Source: a phage
Length of the DNA stretch: 64,000 nt
Sequence record: PZ445489.1
Direction: 5' to 3' (one strand)
Both the position numbers and the translations under genes were made by a program. The notes beneath the pieces were generated by a model, which saw only the letters and a list, made by a program, of their open reading frames with translations, searched no databases and had not been told where the DNA came from. Within the stretch, counting starts at the first letter, position 1. Every line of letters starts with the position of its first letter. Of this stretch, positions 56,106-64,000 are shown piece after piece.

Positions 56106-56537
56106 ATGAACAAAGTTGATAAAGCTCTAGTTTTCGCAGCAGCAGATAAGTTTGAACAAGTTAAGGCAACTTTCCGAACCCTGTTTCAGTCTTACGTTCA
56201 GGATAAGTCTAATCCTATTTCTGAACGCTTGATGGTTTGGGAGTGTCATGCTTGCAATGCCCTATTAATTGCGGATTATCGTAGCGATATAGATAAAGAT
56301 CTTTGTGAAATCCTTATCCCCGAGGAAGCAGAACGTTATCAGCTAATCTCTTTCCAAGATTTGGCGGAGCACATCATCCCCGATGATCTTTGGGATAAAT
56401 ACTATGGTGATCCTGAAGATGAAGGAATGACTCCAGAAGCATGCATTGAGCTGATCTGCAAAGATCATCCTGAAATTACAGAGAAATTTGAAAAAGTTTT
56501 TGCTTCTGAGTTCTCCGGCGTTGTTAATGATTGGTAA
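56106..56537 (+). CDS. hypothetical protein (143 aa)
   Basis: ORF with promoter + RBS. Confidence 0.5.
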   Translation: MNKVDKALVFAAADKFEQVKATFRTLFQSYVQDKSNPISERLMVWECHACNALLIADYRSDIDKDLCEILIPEEAERYQLISFQDLAEHIIPDDLWDKYYGDPEDEGMTPEACIELICKDHPEITEKFEKVFASEFSGVVNDW

Positions 56538-56554
56538 GTAATTAAAAAATTCAG

Positions 56555-56583
56555 TTGCTTTAAGCCTTAAAATTCTGTATAAT
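56555..56583 (+). promoter_or_regulatory. early-type promoter
   Basis: TTGCTT-17-TATAAT. Confidence 0.55.
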
Positions 56584-56615
56584 AAGTTCATAAATTAATG
56601 AGAGAGGAAATTCTA

Positions 56616-56867
56616 ATGGAAAACATGACTAAAAATGAAATGGCTAACGTTCTGGCAATTCTCCTCGACATGCAGGGTTTTGAGGGTCAGCTCATGAAGA
56701 TGTCTATTCCGGCAATGAAAAAGATGTATGATTCTCTGAATAAGAATGCTATGGCATTCAACCTTGCAAAACAGGAAGCACGTTTTGCTAAAGAGCATCA
56801 AGCGACTGCCGAACGTCGTGCAGCATCTTTTGAGCGTGAAGTTAAGCAACTGAAAGGTAAGAAATAA
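56616..56867 (+). CDS. hypothetical protein (83 aa)
   Basis: ATG 56616 after GAGAGAGGAAA. Confidence 0.45.
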   Translation: MENMTKNEMANVLAILLDMQGFEGQLMKMSIPAMKKMYDSLNKNAMAFNLAKQEARFAKEHQATAERRAASFEREVKQLKGKK

Positions 56868-57031
56868 TGGAAAGAGTATCAATTTCAATACTGTCATTCC
56901 TTATAGGAATACTAATATATAATATGGTTTCTCTTAACATACGCTTAACTGAAGTAGACAAGTCTCTTCATGAGCTAAACGTAGAGATTTGCAAAGTAAC
57001 GCCAAATAACGAAAAATGTAGGGGCATTTAA
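56867..57031 (+). CDS. small hydrophobic protein (54 aa, not in ORF track)
   Basis: ATG overlapping upstream stop; hydrophobic N-terminus. Confidence 0.3.
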   Translation: MERVSISILSFLIGILIYNMVSLNIRLTEVDKSLHELNVEICKVTPNNEKCRGI

Positions 57032-57312
57032 TGTTAACTGAAATTCTCATTGGATTGCTAGTGCTTATGACACTAGTAGCGATTGGCGGGATTATTGGTA
57101 TTGTAAGCATGCGAAAAAATATAGAGAGTATGCTTACTACTAATAGTGGACTTCACTGCCGCTTAATAGAACAAGAACAAGATATTGAACTAGCACAGAG
57201 ACGCTCAGATATTCTAAAAGAAAAACTAAATAATATTGAAGCAATAGCTGGGAATACAAAATTACCTAATAAAGTAATGCGTGCACAGATAATTACGGAG
57301 ATTAAAAAATGA
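57031..57312 (+). CDS. hypothetical membrane protein (93 aa)
   Basis: ORF. Confidence 0.45.
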   Translation: MLTEILIGLLVLMTLVAIGGIIGIVSMRKNIESMLTTNSGLHCRLIEQEQDIELAQRRSDILKEKLNNIEAIAGNTKLPNKVMRAQIITEIKK

Positions 57313-57554
57313 TGATGTTTATTCTAGCGTTTTATCTAATTGTGGTTGGTGTACTGGTTACCAAGTACCACACATGGACGCCAAAGAATGTTGTTAAGGT
57401 AGCTTTATTTGTTATTCCAGTCCCACTTATTATATTTTCTATGTTACTGGTGATGTTAATCGGTAGAGTGACGAAGACCGATATTAAGCGCATTGCTGAC
57501 GAATTGCAACAGTCCTGTGATATGGTTGAGGATATTCTTAAAGATGAAGCTTAA
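57309..57554 (+). CDS. hypothetical membrane protein (81 aa)
   Basis: ORF. Confidence 0.45.
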   Translation: MMMFILAFYLIVVGVLVTKYHTWTPKNVVKVALFVIPVPLIIFSMLLVMLIGRVTKTDIKRIADELQQSCDMVEDILKDEA

Positions 57555-57870
57555 TTTTAATGAATTAAATACCTTACATGAGATATTACAGTTTGTGAAT
57601 AATAATATTAGTATTCCAGATGATACACTAGAAGTCCTCATGGTAATCGAGAAAAAGGTAGGAATTGAGATTGAGGACTTCTGGAAACCGCTTTCTGTAT
57701 TAACACCTCTTAATATGAAAGTGATAGTTAAAAATATCGATACTGGTGAAGAATGTAAGATGATTCGTAAAGAGCTAGCTGATAGCTATTCACCAAAGTC
57801 TGTAGTAATGTATCATGATGACACACCTAAGGTTCTACAGACAGCTAATTACGTATGGCGTCTCCCATGA
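57544..57870 (+). CDS. hypothetical protein
   Basis: ATG 57544 (track start 57493). Confidence 0.45.
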   Translation: MKLNFNELNTLHEILQFVNNNISIPDDTLEVLMVIEKKVGIEIEDFWKPLSVLTPLNMKVIVKNIDTGEECKMIRKELADSYSPKSVVMYHDDTPKVLQTANYVWRLP

Positions 57871-57969
57871 TTGATTTAGTACCAATTACTGCGGGGCTAA
57901 TAGCACTATTAGTGCTCGCAGTTTTCATTATTGTGGAGCAGGCCAAAGTAATAAGGAGACTTAAAAACA

Positions 57970-58170
57970 ATGATAAAACGTCTTGTTTATCGGGCACCAA
58001 AGATTGTAACTGAGTATTTTGTATTACTGCCCCAGATTGTATTTCTAACAGCATTATTTAATATACTTTTTCGACATCTAGGAATAACGGAAAATATCTT
58101 CTACACTTCTGAACTACTTCCTTTTATGTATGAAGGCATCATCGTGGCAATTAACGGAGTTCGTAAATGA
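57970..58170 (+). CDS. hypothetical protein (66 aa)
   Basis: ORF; an alternative 50-aa ORF from 57867 in another frame also possible. Confidence 0.35.
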   Translation: MIKRLVYRAPKIVTEYFVLLPQIVFLTALFNILFRHLGITENIFYTSELLPFMYEGIIVAINGVRK

Positions 58171-58628
58171 CAGCACTACAACAACTACAGAATTACTGGT
58201 TTGATAACCAATTTAACGATCTTTTCATCCAGTTGTTTGTCGAAACGAACGGACGCTTCAACTACCGATTCTTTAATAAGTTTCACGAAACAAAATTCTC
58301 GCATACAGAAATTAATGCAGCGATCCAAGACCTAACTGGTTCTAAAGTAGTTCAATATCGTGAAGTAGACTTTACACCAGATTGTTTTGGGTTTGAATTG
58401 TTTAAGAAAGCATATAAATTTGGTAAGTTTGAGGATGCTCGTCAATGGGTTCATGATTTCTGGTACAACACTGATATTGTTCCTAGTCGTGTACTGATTC
58501 TTAGCTGGATTGCTAAACAACATCCGCCTAAAGCTCAATCATCCTTCTTACCGACTGACACAGGAAACCTCTACCATGACAGAAAAGAAAAATCCATTAT
58601 TGGAGCAGATGAAGGAGTGGGAGAGTAA
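58167..58628 (+). CDS. hypothetical protein (153 aa)
   Basis: ORF. Confidence 0.45.
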   Translation: MTALQQLQNYWFDNQFNDLFIQLFVETNGRFNYRFFNKFHETKFSHTEINAAIQDLTGSKVVQYREVDFTPDCFGFELFKKAYKFGKFEDARQWVHDFWYNTDIVPSRVLILSWIAKQHPPKAQSSFLPTDTGNLYHDRKEKSIIGADEGVGE

Positions 58629-58947
58629 TATTGAATCTGGTCTAATAGATGGTGAAGATATTGTTAACTCCATGCTAGAAGTAACAGTAGATAATATTAA
58701 TCCTATTCTGGCTGGAGAAACCTCAGATCTTATAGGACTCTCTAGCACATTTGATTCTTTGGCTAAATTAGCCTTAGACGATGAAGAGATAACCAAAGAA
58801 GATCTCGCTACAGCTATGAATATGGCTATTAACGCTTACATTGGTAAACGTACCGATGAACTCGGTAAACAGATCAATAAGCGTGATACTACGCTAGGTC
58901 TTATGGAAACGGCCACTATGTTAAGAAGTGGTAAACAACTTCATTAA
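58576..58947 (+). CDS. hypothetical protein
   Basis: ATG 58576 (track start 58510). Confidence 0.4.
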   Translation: MTEKKNPLLEQMKEWESNIESGLIDGEDIVNSMLEVTVDNINPILAGETSDLIGLSSTFDSLAKLALDDEEITKEDLATAMNMAINAYIGKRTDELGKQINKRDTTLGLMETATMLRSGKQLH

Positions 58948-58954
58948 TTTTAAG

Positions 58955-58986
58955 GGGCCAGGACTTAGTTGTTCTGGCCTTTTGTG
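58955..58986 (+). terminator. rho-independent terminator
   Basis: GGCCAGGACTTAGTTGTTCTGGCC + TTTT. Confidence 0.6.
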
Positions 58987-59002
58987 CTTCAAGGAACTTC
59001 AA

Positions 59003-59206
59003 ATGCAAGTATATGTCCTTACTAGAGATATAAATGAGTATAATCAGGATGGTGAGTATTTTGTAAAAGTATTCGCTGAAAAGCCAAGTAAACAACAATT
59101 ATTAGATGCTGGAGTACCGGAAGACCAAGCTAAGTGTTTACTGCAGGATAAAGAGTTTACTGGGGATGCTTACGAATGTTTCTACCTTAACTGTGAGACT
59201 ATTTAA
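59003..59206 (+). CDS. hypothetical protein (67 aa)
   Basis: ATG 59003. Confidence 0.4.
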   Translation: MQVYVLTRDINEYNQDGEYFVKVFAEKPSKQQLLDAGVPEDQAKCLLQDKEFTGDAYECFYLNCETI

Positions 59207-59207
59207 T

Positions 59208-59654
59208 ATGAGAGAGAAAGTAAATGAATTATTAATCGAGGAAGCTAACAACTTTCCAATAAATAGGTTCATTAAATCGGATGGATCTATTAATAGAACT
59301 AAGATTAAGCAGCTACACCCCGACTTTCAACAAGAAGCACTAAACCTTATATTTATCAAGAAAGCCGTTGCAGCTCACGGGGCTTTCTTCGGATATGAGC
59401 GTGTAAATTATAAAACAATGCAGCAGCAAGTCGAGATTTATTGTCCAGATCATGATGGTTATTACTGGCAGACTGCTAGATCTCATTTAGAAGGGCATGG
59501 TTGTCGACTGTGTGCACACAAGGTTGTGCAGCGCGTCACGGATTATGGAACTTATACCGTACCAGCATGTTACCATAAATTTGTGATTGACGATAATCAT
59601 ATAGTTTGGTATAATAAGTTTTCAAAGCTAAGAATGGAGATAAATAGTGAGTAG
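59208..59654 (+). CDS. hypothetical Cys/His-containing protein
   Basis: ATG 59208; CPDHDG...HGCRLCAHK. Confidence 0.45.
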   Translation: MREKVNELLIEEANNFPINRFIKSDGSINRTKIKQLHPDFQQEALNLIFIKKAVAAHGAFFGYERVNYKTMQQQVEIYCPDHDGYYWQTARSHLEGHGCRLCAHKVVQRVTDYGTYTVPACYHKFVIDDNHIVWYNKFSKLRMEINSE

Positions 59655-59937
59655 CTATATTGTATGGTCAAACCCACTAGCAGCACTTAGTAACAAACTA
59701 TTTAAAACAACGTGGGGATATAATGAGATAGACTTAGGTAGTCGCCCAATACCAAACAAACACCCCTTAGTTCCAGAGCTGTATAGGGTAGTAATAAATG
59801 GCGCAGAGTATTTGGTTGATAAATTTGACAGAAAACGTTTACTAGAGGGTATCTACGATAATTCTACATCAATAAATGAATTAGTAGAACATGCTCAAAT
59901 ATATGATAAAAGCTGGATGTTAATATGGAGATCATAG
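59647..59937 (+). CDS. hypothetical protein (96 aa)
   Basis: ORF, GTG start. Confidence 0.4.
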   Translation: MSSYIVWSNPLAALSNKLFKTTWGYNEIDLGSRPIPNKHPLVPELYRVVINGAEYLVDKFDRKRLLEGIYDNSTSINELVEHAQIYDKSWMLIWRS

Positions 59938-60158
59938 TAATTATTTTAGCAGTTATGTTATTTATTGTAACATTTGTATCATTTGCTATTATGCGCAGAG
60001 CTAGAGAACTAGCGGAAGATATAACAAAATTACGTGGTGAGTTAGCTGCTCTTAAATTACAGCGTGAGGCTTTAAAGTTGTTTGTGGTTCAGGGTAGCGT
60101 AGAACATACAACAGAAGACTTCATCACGTATCTCAAACGTTACATGGGAATTAAATAA
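59925..60158 (+). CDS. hypothetical membrane protein (77 aa)
   Basis: ORF. Confidence 0.4.
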   Translation: MEIIVIILAVMLFIVTFVSFAIMRRARELAEDITKLRGELAALKLQREALKLFVVQGSVEHTTEDFITYLKRYMGIK

Positions 60159-60343
60159 TGGAAACTCTTTTTCTTTTAATGCTCGTAGGTTCCCTGCTAG
60201 TTATACTAGCACTTCTACTAATCTGTAATATTCTTAATAATAAGAATTTAGAGTTAAAGTGTGAGAACCAAATCCTTAACCGTGAACTTAAACAATATAA
60301 CCTAGCAGCTCATAAGCTGTTAGACAAACTGGAGAATAAATAA
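60158..60343 (+). CDS. hypothetical membrane protein (61 aa)
   Basis: ORF. Confidence 0.4.
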   Translation: METLFLLMLVGSLLVILALLLICNILNNKNLELKCENQILNRELKQYNLAAHKLLDKLENK

Positions 60344-60963
60344 TGACTTTATATGCACAACAATCTATTCAAGTAGTACCAGAGCATGAACTGAATACAT
60401 GGGATTATAGCTTTAAAGATTTAACTGCTACTGTACAATTCAAATCTATGAAGCTAACCTTTGCACACACTAGTATTAAAGCATGTAAAGATCTTGAAGG
60501 TAAGCTCGAAGATGCTCGCAAGATTTTTGGTACGGCTCGCATCCCGGCGGATAACCTGATTAATGCACTGATCGATGCAGGGTACAAACTTGTGAAGACT
60601 GAGGTGAACCGCCCCAGTACTCCAGTGACTATTAGAGATCCGTGGCAGTCAGGGACAATCTCAATGCTGAATAACTCCGATAAAAGATTAATGTCGGATA
60701 TGCACAATGTTCCTTGTGGGGGTGTGGTAAGTAGTACGAAGTCATATAAGTTTGGGGAAGATTACGGCCCTTCTGTACAGTTGAAACATACCCAAGAAGC
60801 TTTTGAATCTGATATGCGAAGCGTAGCACCTGTGGATGCTGGAGTTTCTAGGAGTTCTGTTTGTACTATTCATTTTAATAATCCTAGTAAACATGGAAGT
60901 CTAGAAGATGCAATTATGGAAGCACTGGGAGCTGTTATTAATGAAGATAAGAGGGGTAATTAA
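60343..60963 (+). CDS. hypothetical protein (206 aa)
   Basis: ORF. Confidence 0.5.
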   Translation: MTLYAQQSIQVVPEHELNTWDYSFKDLTATVQFKSMKLTFAHTSIKACKDLEGKLEDARKIFGTARIPADNLINALIDAGYKLVKTEVNRPSTPVTIRDPWQSGTISMLNNSDKRLMSDMHNVPCGGVVSSTKSYKFGEDYGPSVQLKHTQEAFESDMRSVAPVDAGVSRSSVCTIHFNNPSKHGSLEDAIMEALGAVINEDKRGN

Positions 60964-61694
60964 TGAAAGATTTGGCAGTAAAATTTAAGAATATTCTAGC
61001 CCTCGCTAAGGGGGCTGATCATCGCTGTTTCTCTGATCTAACTGCTCAAGAGAAACATGCAGTAATGTTTGTTTGTGAGATGTTCCCAGCTAGGTGGGAA
61101 GGTGGTAAGATTAAGTATGATAACAAAGCTGCAAAAGCTGACCTTGCTTACTCTTATGTTGATATGAATAAACTTCTCAAGTCTTTAGATCCAACTGCTA
61201 AAGGTCACATGGGAAACTATATTCATGTTATTATTGATGAACCTCTCCCAGCGTATAGAGAAACATCCGCTAGAGAAGCGTTAGAAGCGTATCCTGAGCA
61301 ACTTCTTATCCCACCTAAGAAATGTAAGTTCGATCATCTTCCAGCATTAGCTTTTGAAACTAGCATTACGTTTGAAGATATTTATAGAACGATTGGAGCT
61401 GTAGTAGCACGGATTGCAGTGGCACATCATCGTGATATAGAACTAACTACAGCGGAAGATTACATTCTATATGCTATCCACGATGAAAAGGACTCCTTCA
61501 AACGTTTAATGGATGCGCTAGGATTAGGTAGTCTCACTGCACTTGTGCTTAACCAGGCTCCTAGAACTAAGCGTTATGCAAAAGGATCTATTACTCTTGA
61601 AGAAACAGGATCTACATCTTCATTCCTTGCTACGTATATTTATCTAGCATCTAAAGGAATCTATCTAAAGGCTAGAAAGAATGTCACTATATAA
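60963..61694 (+). CDS. hypothetical protein (243 aa)
   Basis: ORF. Confidence 0.5.
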   Translation: MKDLAVKFKNILALAKGADHRCFSDLTAQEKHAVMFVCEMFPARWEGGKIKYDNKAAKADLAYSYVDMNKLLKSLDPTAKGHMGNYIHVIIDEPLPAYRETSAREALEAYPEQLLIPPKKCKFDHLPALAFETSITFEDIYRTIGAVVARIAVAHHRDIELTTAEDYILYAIHDEKDSFKRLMDALGLGSLTALVLNQAPRTKRYAKGSITLEETGSTSSFLATYIYLASKGIYLKARKNVTI

Positions 61695-62037
61695 AGTATA
61701 TATTCTTGCAAATAGGGATCTGACGAAGATCCCTAAGAGAACAAAGATCGGTATTAGTATGAATCCACATAATAGGATTCAAACACTAAACTTAGATAAG
61801 ATAGTTTATCGTGGTTTTGACGATTTATACGTGTATGGGATCTATGAAACCCATAATCCTAGAGATCTAGAAGCCGCTGCACATATCTACTTTAAGAAAT
61901 ACCGCTGTAATTTAAAGGGATTCGAAGGATGCACAGAGTTCTTTGATATTCACCCACAACTTGCAGAACGATTCCTATTAAATACAGGAGCCAAGAAGAT
62001 TTACGACCCCAATATCAATCTCGAAGGAGATGTATAA
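61681..62037 (+). CDS. hypothetical protein (118 aa)
   Basis: ORF. Confidence 0.5.
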   Translation: MSLYKVYILANRDLTKIPKRTKIGISMNPHNRIQTLNLDKIVYRGFDDLYVYGIYETHNPRDLEAAAHIYFKKYRCNLKGFEGCTEFFDIHPQLAERFLLNTGAKKIYDPNINLEGDV

Positions 62038-62054
62038 ACGTTAACAAAATCTTC

Positions 62055-62084
62055 TTGACAACTCATTGCGGAACATGTTATAAT
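62055..62084 (+). promoter_or_regulatory. strong sigma70-type promoter reading into ORF-free repeat region
   Basis: TTGACA-18-TATAAT. Confidence 0.55.
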
Positions 62085-62359
62085 AATCTCATAGATTAAA
62101 AACAACTCTTGTTTTGAACTCTAGGGGCGATGATTATTACACTTAGTATTACGTCTATACGTTGCGACAGCACGAGTATAGATCTAATTACTAAGTCTTC
62201 CGTAATACTCACGCGCCCCACGAGGAATCTCACATGAAATGGGGGTATATTTACTTTTAAATAACTAAAAATATTTAAAGGCAATATCTGTGTTCAAGAT
62301 GATACACCTGTTGCCGCTCATCTGCTAGGATGGCACAACACTTTCTAGTAGACTCCTAA

Positions 62360-62563
62360 GTTTCTAGGAATAGTTGAGCACTAACTCTAGAGTTTACATT
62401 AAACTTTAAATCTGTTTCTCTAGCCAACTCAGGCGGTTTTCATTGTTCCTAGAAACTCTAGCAATAGGCGGTTATAGGGAGGGCGGTTATTTCTAGAAGA
62501 CATTTTTTGAAAACACATTTCCAGAAATTACTGTCGGATTTGCACACTGCATTTCTAGAAATT
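62360..62563. repeat. cluster of palindromic (A)TTTCTAGAAA-like sites (~5 copies)
   Basis: TTTCTAGGAA 62361, TTCCTAGAAA ~62446, TTTCTAGAA 62489, ATTTCCAGAAAT ~62517, ATTTCTAGAAAT ~62551. Confidence 0.6.
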
Positions 62564-63133
62564 TATGGTCGGATTTGCACAAACGCCTAAGTTTTTAGGG
62601 ACACATAATCTCCTGAAAATAGCAGCATTATTTCGGGCCGAAGGCCCATGATTGCCTGAGTTTTTAGAGCCACAGAAATTTTCACTTGTCAAGCTATTTT
62701 GCCCCGTTTAGCTAATAAAATTTTACTTTTTCTGCACCTATCTCAAATTAACCCAAATTATCTCACATCTTCCCCAAAATCCCCGCAAATCAGGTGCTCC
62801 GCACCAAACATGCGCCCCATCCTTCTAGCCTCCCAAATTTCTCTCACTCTCTCATCTTCTCCTCAAACCCACACAATCACACACCCTCCAATCGAAGTCA
62901 CAAAAATCTTGTCGGATTCGCACAAATAAACCCATGTCGGATTTGCACATATTCTAGCTAATTCCACAGGATTGATGCGCAGCATCGGATTGCTGGAGTT
63001 TTTGGGAAAATTCATTGTCGGATTTGCACACTATAAAAATTTTTCGGGTCGGATTTGCACACTACCAAAAATTGTCGGATTCGCACATACATGCCCGCAC
63101 GTAACACCCGTGGAGCAATGTCGGATTTGCACA
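62533..63133 (+). repeat. 8 direct copies of 14-bp motif GTCGGATT(T/C)GCACA
   Basis: Copies start at 62533, 62568, 62911, 62936, 63017, 63048, 63074, 63120, all in same orientation, variable spacing. Confidence 0.8.
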
Positions 63134-63138
63134 AAAGC

Positions 63139-63156
63139 GCAGGGCAATTGCCCTGC
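63139..63156. repeat. 18-bp perfect palindrome GCAGGGCAATTGCCCTGC
   Basis: Self-complementary. Confidence 0.75.
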
Positions 63157-63164
63157 TAGCCTGA

Positions 63165-63300
63165 ATGCGAATGATAATAAGAATCATTATCATTTAAAAA
63201 GCGAAATGAGAACTATTCAAAAAGTGAAATGATTCTCATTTAGGAAAGGAAATGATTATCGGTTAGAAAGTGAAATGCGAATGAGAATAATTCTCATTTA
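63165..63300. repeat. series of inverted repeats built on GAAATGA / TCATTTC and AATGAGAAT / ATTCTCATT half-sites
   Basis: ATGATAATAAGAATCATTATCAT, GAAATGATTCTCATTT, AATGAGAATAATTCTCATT. Confidence 0.65.
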
Positions 63301-63331
63301 AGAATGGAAGTGAGAAACACTGTTATTTAAG

Positions 63332-63340
63332 TTATCCACA
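63332..63340 (+). promoter_or_regulatory. DnaA box (TTATCCACA)
   Basis: Exact 9-mer match to consensus. Confidence 0.5.
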
Positions 63341-63404
63341 GACTTATTAACAGCACGATTTGACTTGACAGAATCCTAGCCATTTTGAGGCGTTATTAAC
63401 AGAC

Positions 63405-63413
63405 TTATCCACA
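63405..63413 (+). promoter_or_regulatory. DnaA box (TTATCCACA)
   Basis: Exact 9-mer match; flanked by repeated GACTTAT / TTATTAACAG motifs. Confidence 0.5.
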
Positions 63414-63421
63414 GCTTATCC

Positions 63422-63441
63422 TACTGTATAAATATACAGTA
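63422..63441. promoter_or_regulatory. LexA-box-like palindrome TACTGTATAAATATACAGTA
   Basis: CTG-N10-CAG with AT-rich spacer, 9-bp arms perfectly self-complementary. Confidence 0.55.
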
Positions 63442-63644
63442 TTCCTACGTAGTGAATAATTCTAATATACCGCTAAAACGTCCTAGATCGCATTCTAACG
63501 CGTTTAATTTTGGTGGGGATACTAAAACAAGGGCAAAATTGGAGGAGGCTTAAAAATTAGTTAGCCCGCTAACGATCACACAAGTCGACACGTAACACCC
63601 TAATCATTAGCAGGCTAACCATCGCGGGCGCGCTCAAATGAGAA

Positions 63645-63669
63645 TGATTCTCATTTGAGAATTGGGGGC
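63645..63669. repeat. 25-bp near-perfect palindrome TCAAATGAGAATGATTCTCATTTGA
   Basis: Same half-site family as 63165-63300 repeats. Confidence 0.65.
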
Positions 63670-63697
63670 ACTCCCTGGTAGTTGCGCCCCGTTATTA

Positions 63698-63892
63698 TTA
63701 ATCCGGTAATTGATGCGTGATCTTCTCCTCTTCCCCATAGGAATCGACCAAATGCTGATAATAACCATCGGCATCATAAATAACGCTATCATATTCCCCC
63801 CGCTCGACCGCTTGCCGGTTTTCCGGCGTATCGGGCACGTAAAAAACATCAACCATTGTACTGATTTTGGTTACAACAATTTTATTGCTCAT
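63698..63892 (-). CDS. hypothetical protein (64 aa)
   Basis: ORF only; beyond the repeat region, opposite strand. Confidence 0.3.
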   Translation of the reverse strand: MSNKIVVTKISTMVDVFYVPDTPENRQAVERGEYDSVIYDADGYYQHLVDSYGEEEKITHQLPD

Positions 63893-64000
63893 TGCGCCAC
63901 CTTTCGAAACGCTGTTTCAATACTATCCGCAGTGGATTGAATATACGCGCCTTTCATTACTAGGCGCTCGGTGCATACCTTGCGGAAAATATTAATAAAA

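Noticed and set aside
62533-63133. CRISPR array interpretation of the 14-bp direct repeats
   Set aside because: Repeats are only 14 bp with irregular spacing (21-330 bp), and there are no cas genes; more consistent with protein-binding iterons
62699-63232. ORFs 62699..62929(+) and 62972..63232(+)
   Set aside because: Low-complexity Pro/Ser/Thr-rich translations produced by the G-depleted tract and repeat array; no RBS
63634-63940. ORFs 63634..63852(-) and 63710..63940(+)
   Set aside because: Overlap the alternative 63698..63892 frame; none has clear RBS; kept only one as low-confidence CDS

Overview
This window reads as the early region of a T5-like (Tequintavirus-type) virulent coliphage. 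All calls are from reading motifs and translations by eye; no database search or RNA folding was run. Left part, minus strand (1-18.6 kb): replication module with family A DNA polymerase (N-terminal part, runs off the window), DnaG-type primase, DnaB-like helicase, a split NAD-dependent DNA ligase, a large P-loop origin-binding/helicase-like protein, a Sir2-like/HAD/small-ORF cluster and anaerobic ribonucleotide reductase NrdD. A divergent promoter region lies at 18.65-19.0 kb. Plus strand (19-62 kb): PhoH, NrdA, an HNH endonuclease, NrdB, DHFR, ThyA, RNase H; then an ~8.5 kb tRNA cluster (about 26 tRNA genes, several non-canonical) interleaved with small ORFs and ORF-free structured stretches; a GrcA-like glycyl radical cofactor, dNMP kinase-like protein, ClpP-like peptidase, holin/endolysin pair and two metallophosphoesterases. 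The right end (62.1-63.7 kb) is an ORF-free region dense in direct repeats, palindromes, two exact DnaA boxes and a LexA-box-like palindrome. About 30 copies of one highly conserved sigma70-type early promoter occur on both strands. The most likely candidates for something new are the repeat/operator array at the right end, the ORF-free transcribed stretches and atypical tRNA-like elements in the tRNA cluster, the Sir2/HAD/paralog cluster, the GrcA-like gene, and a reverse-oriented two-gene island.
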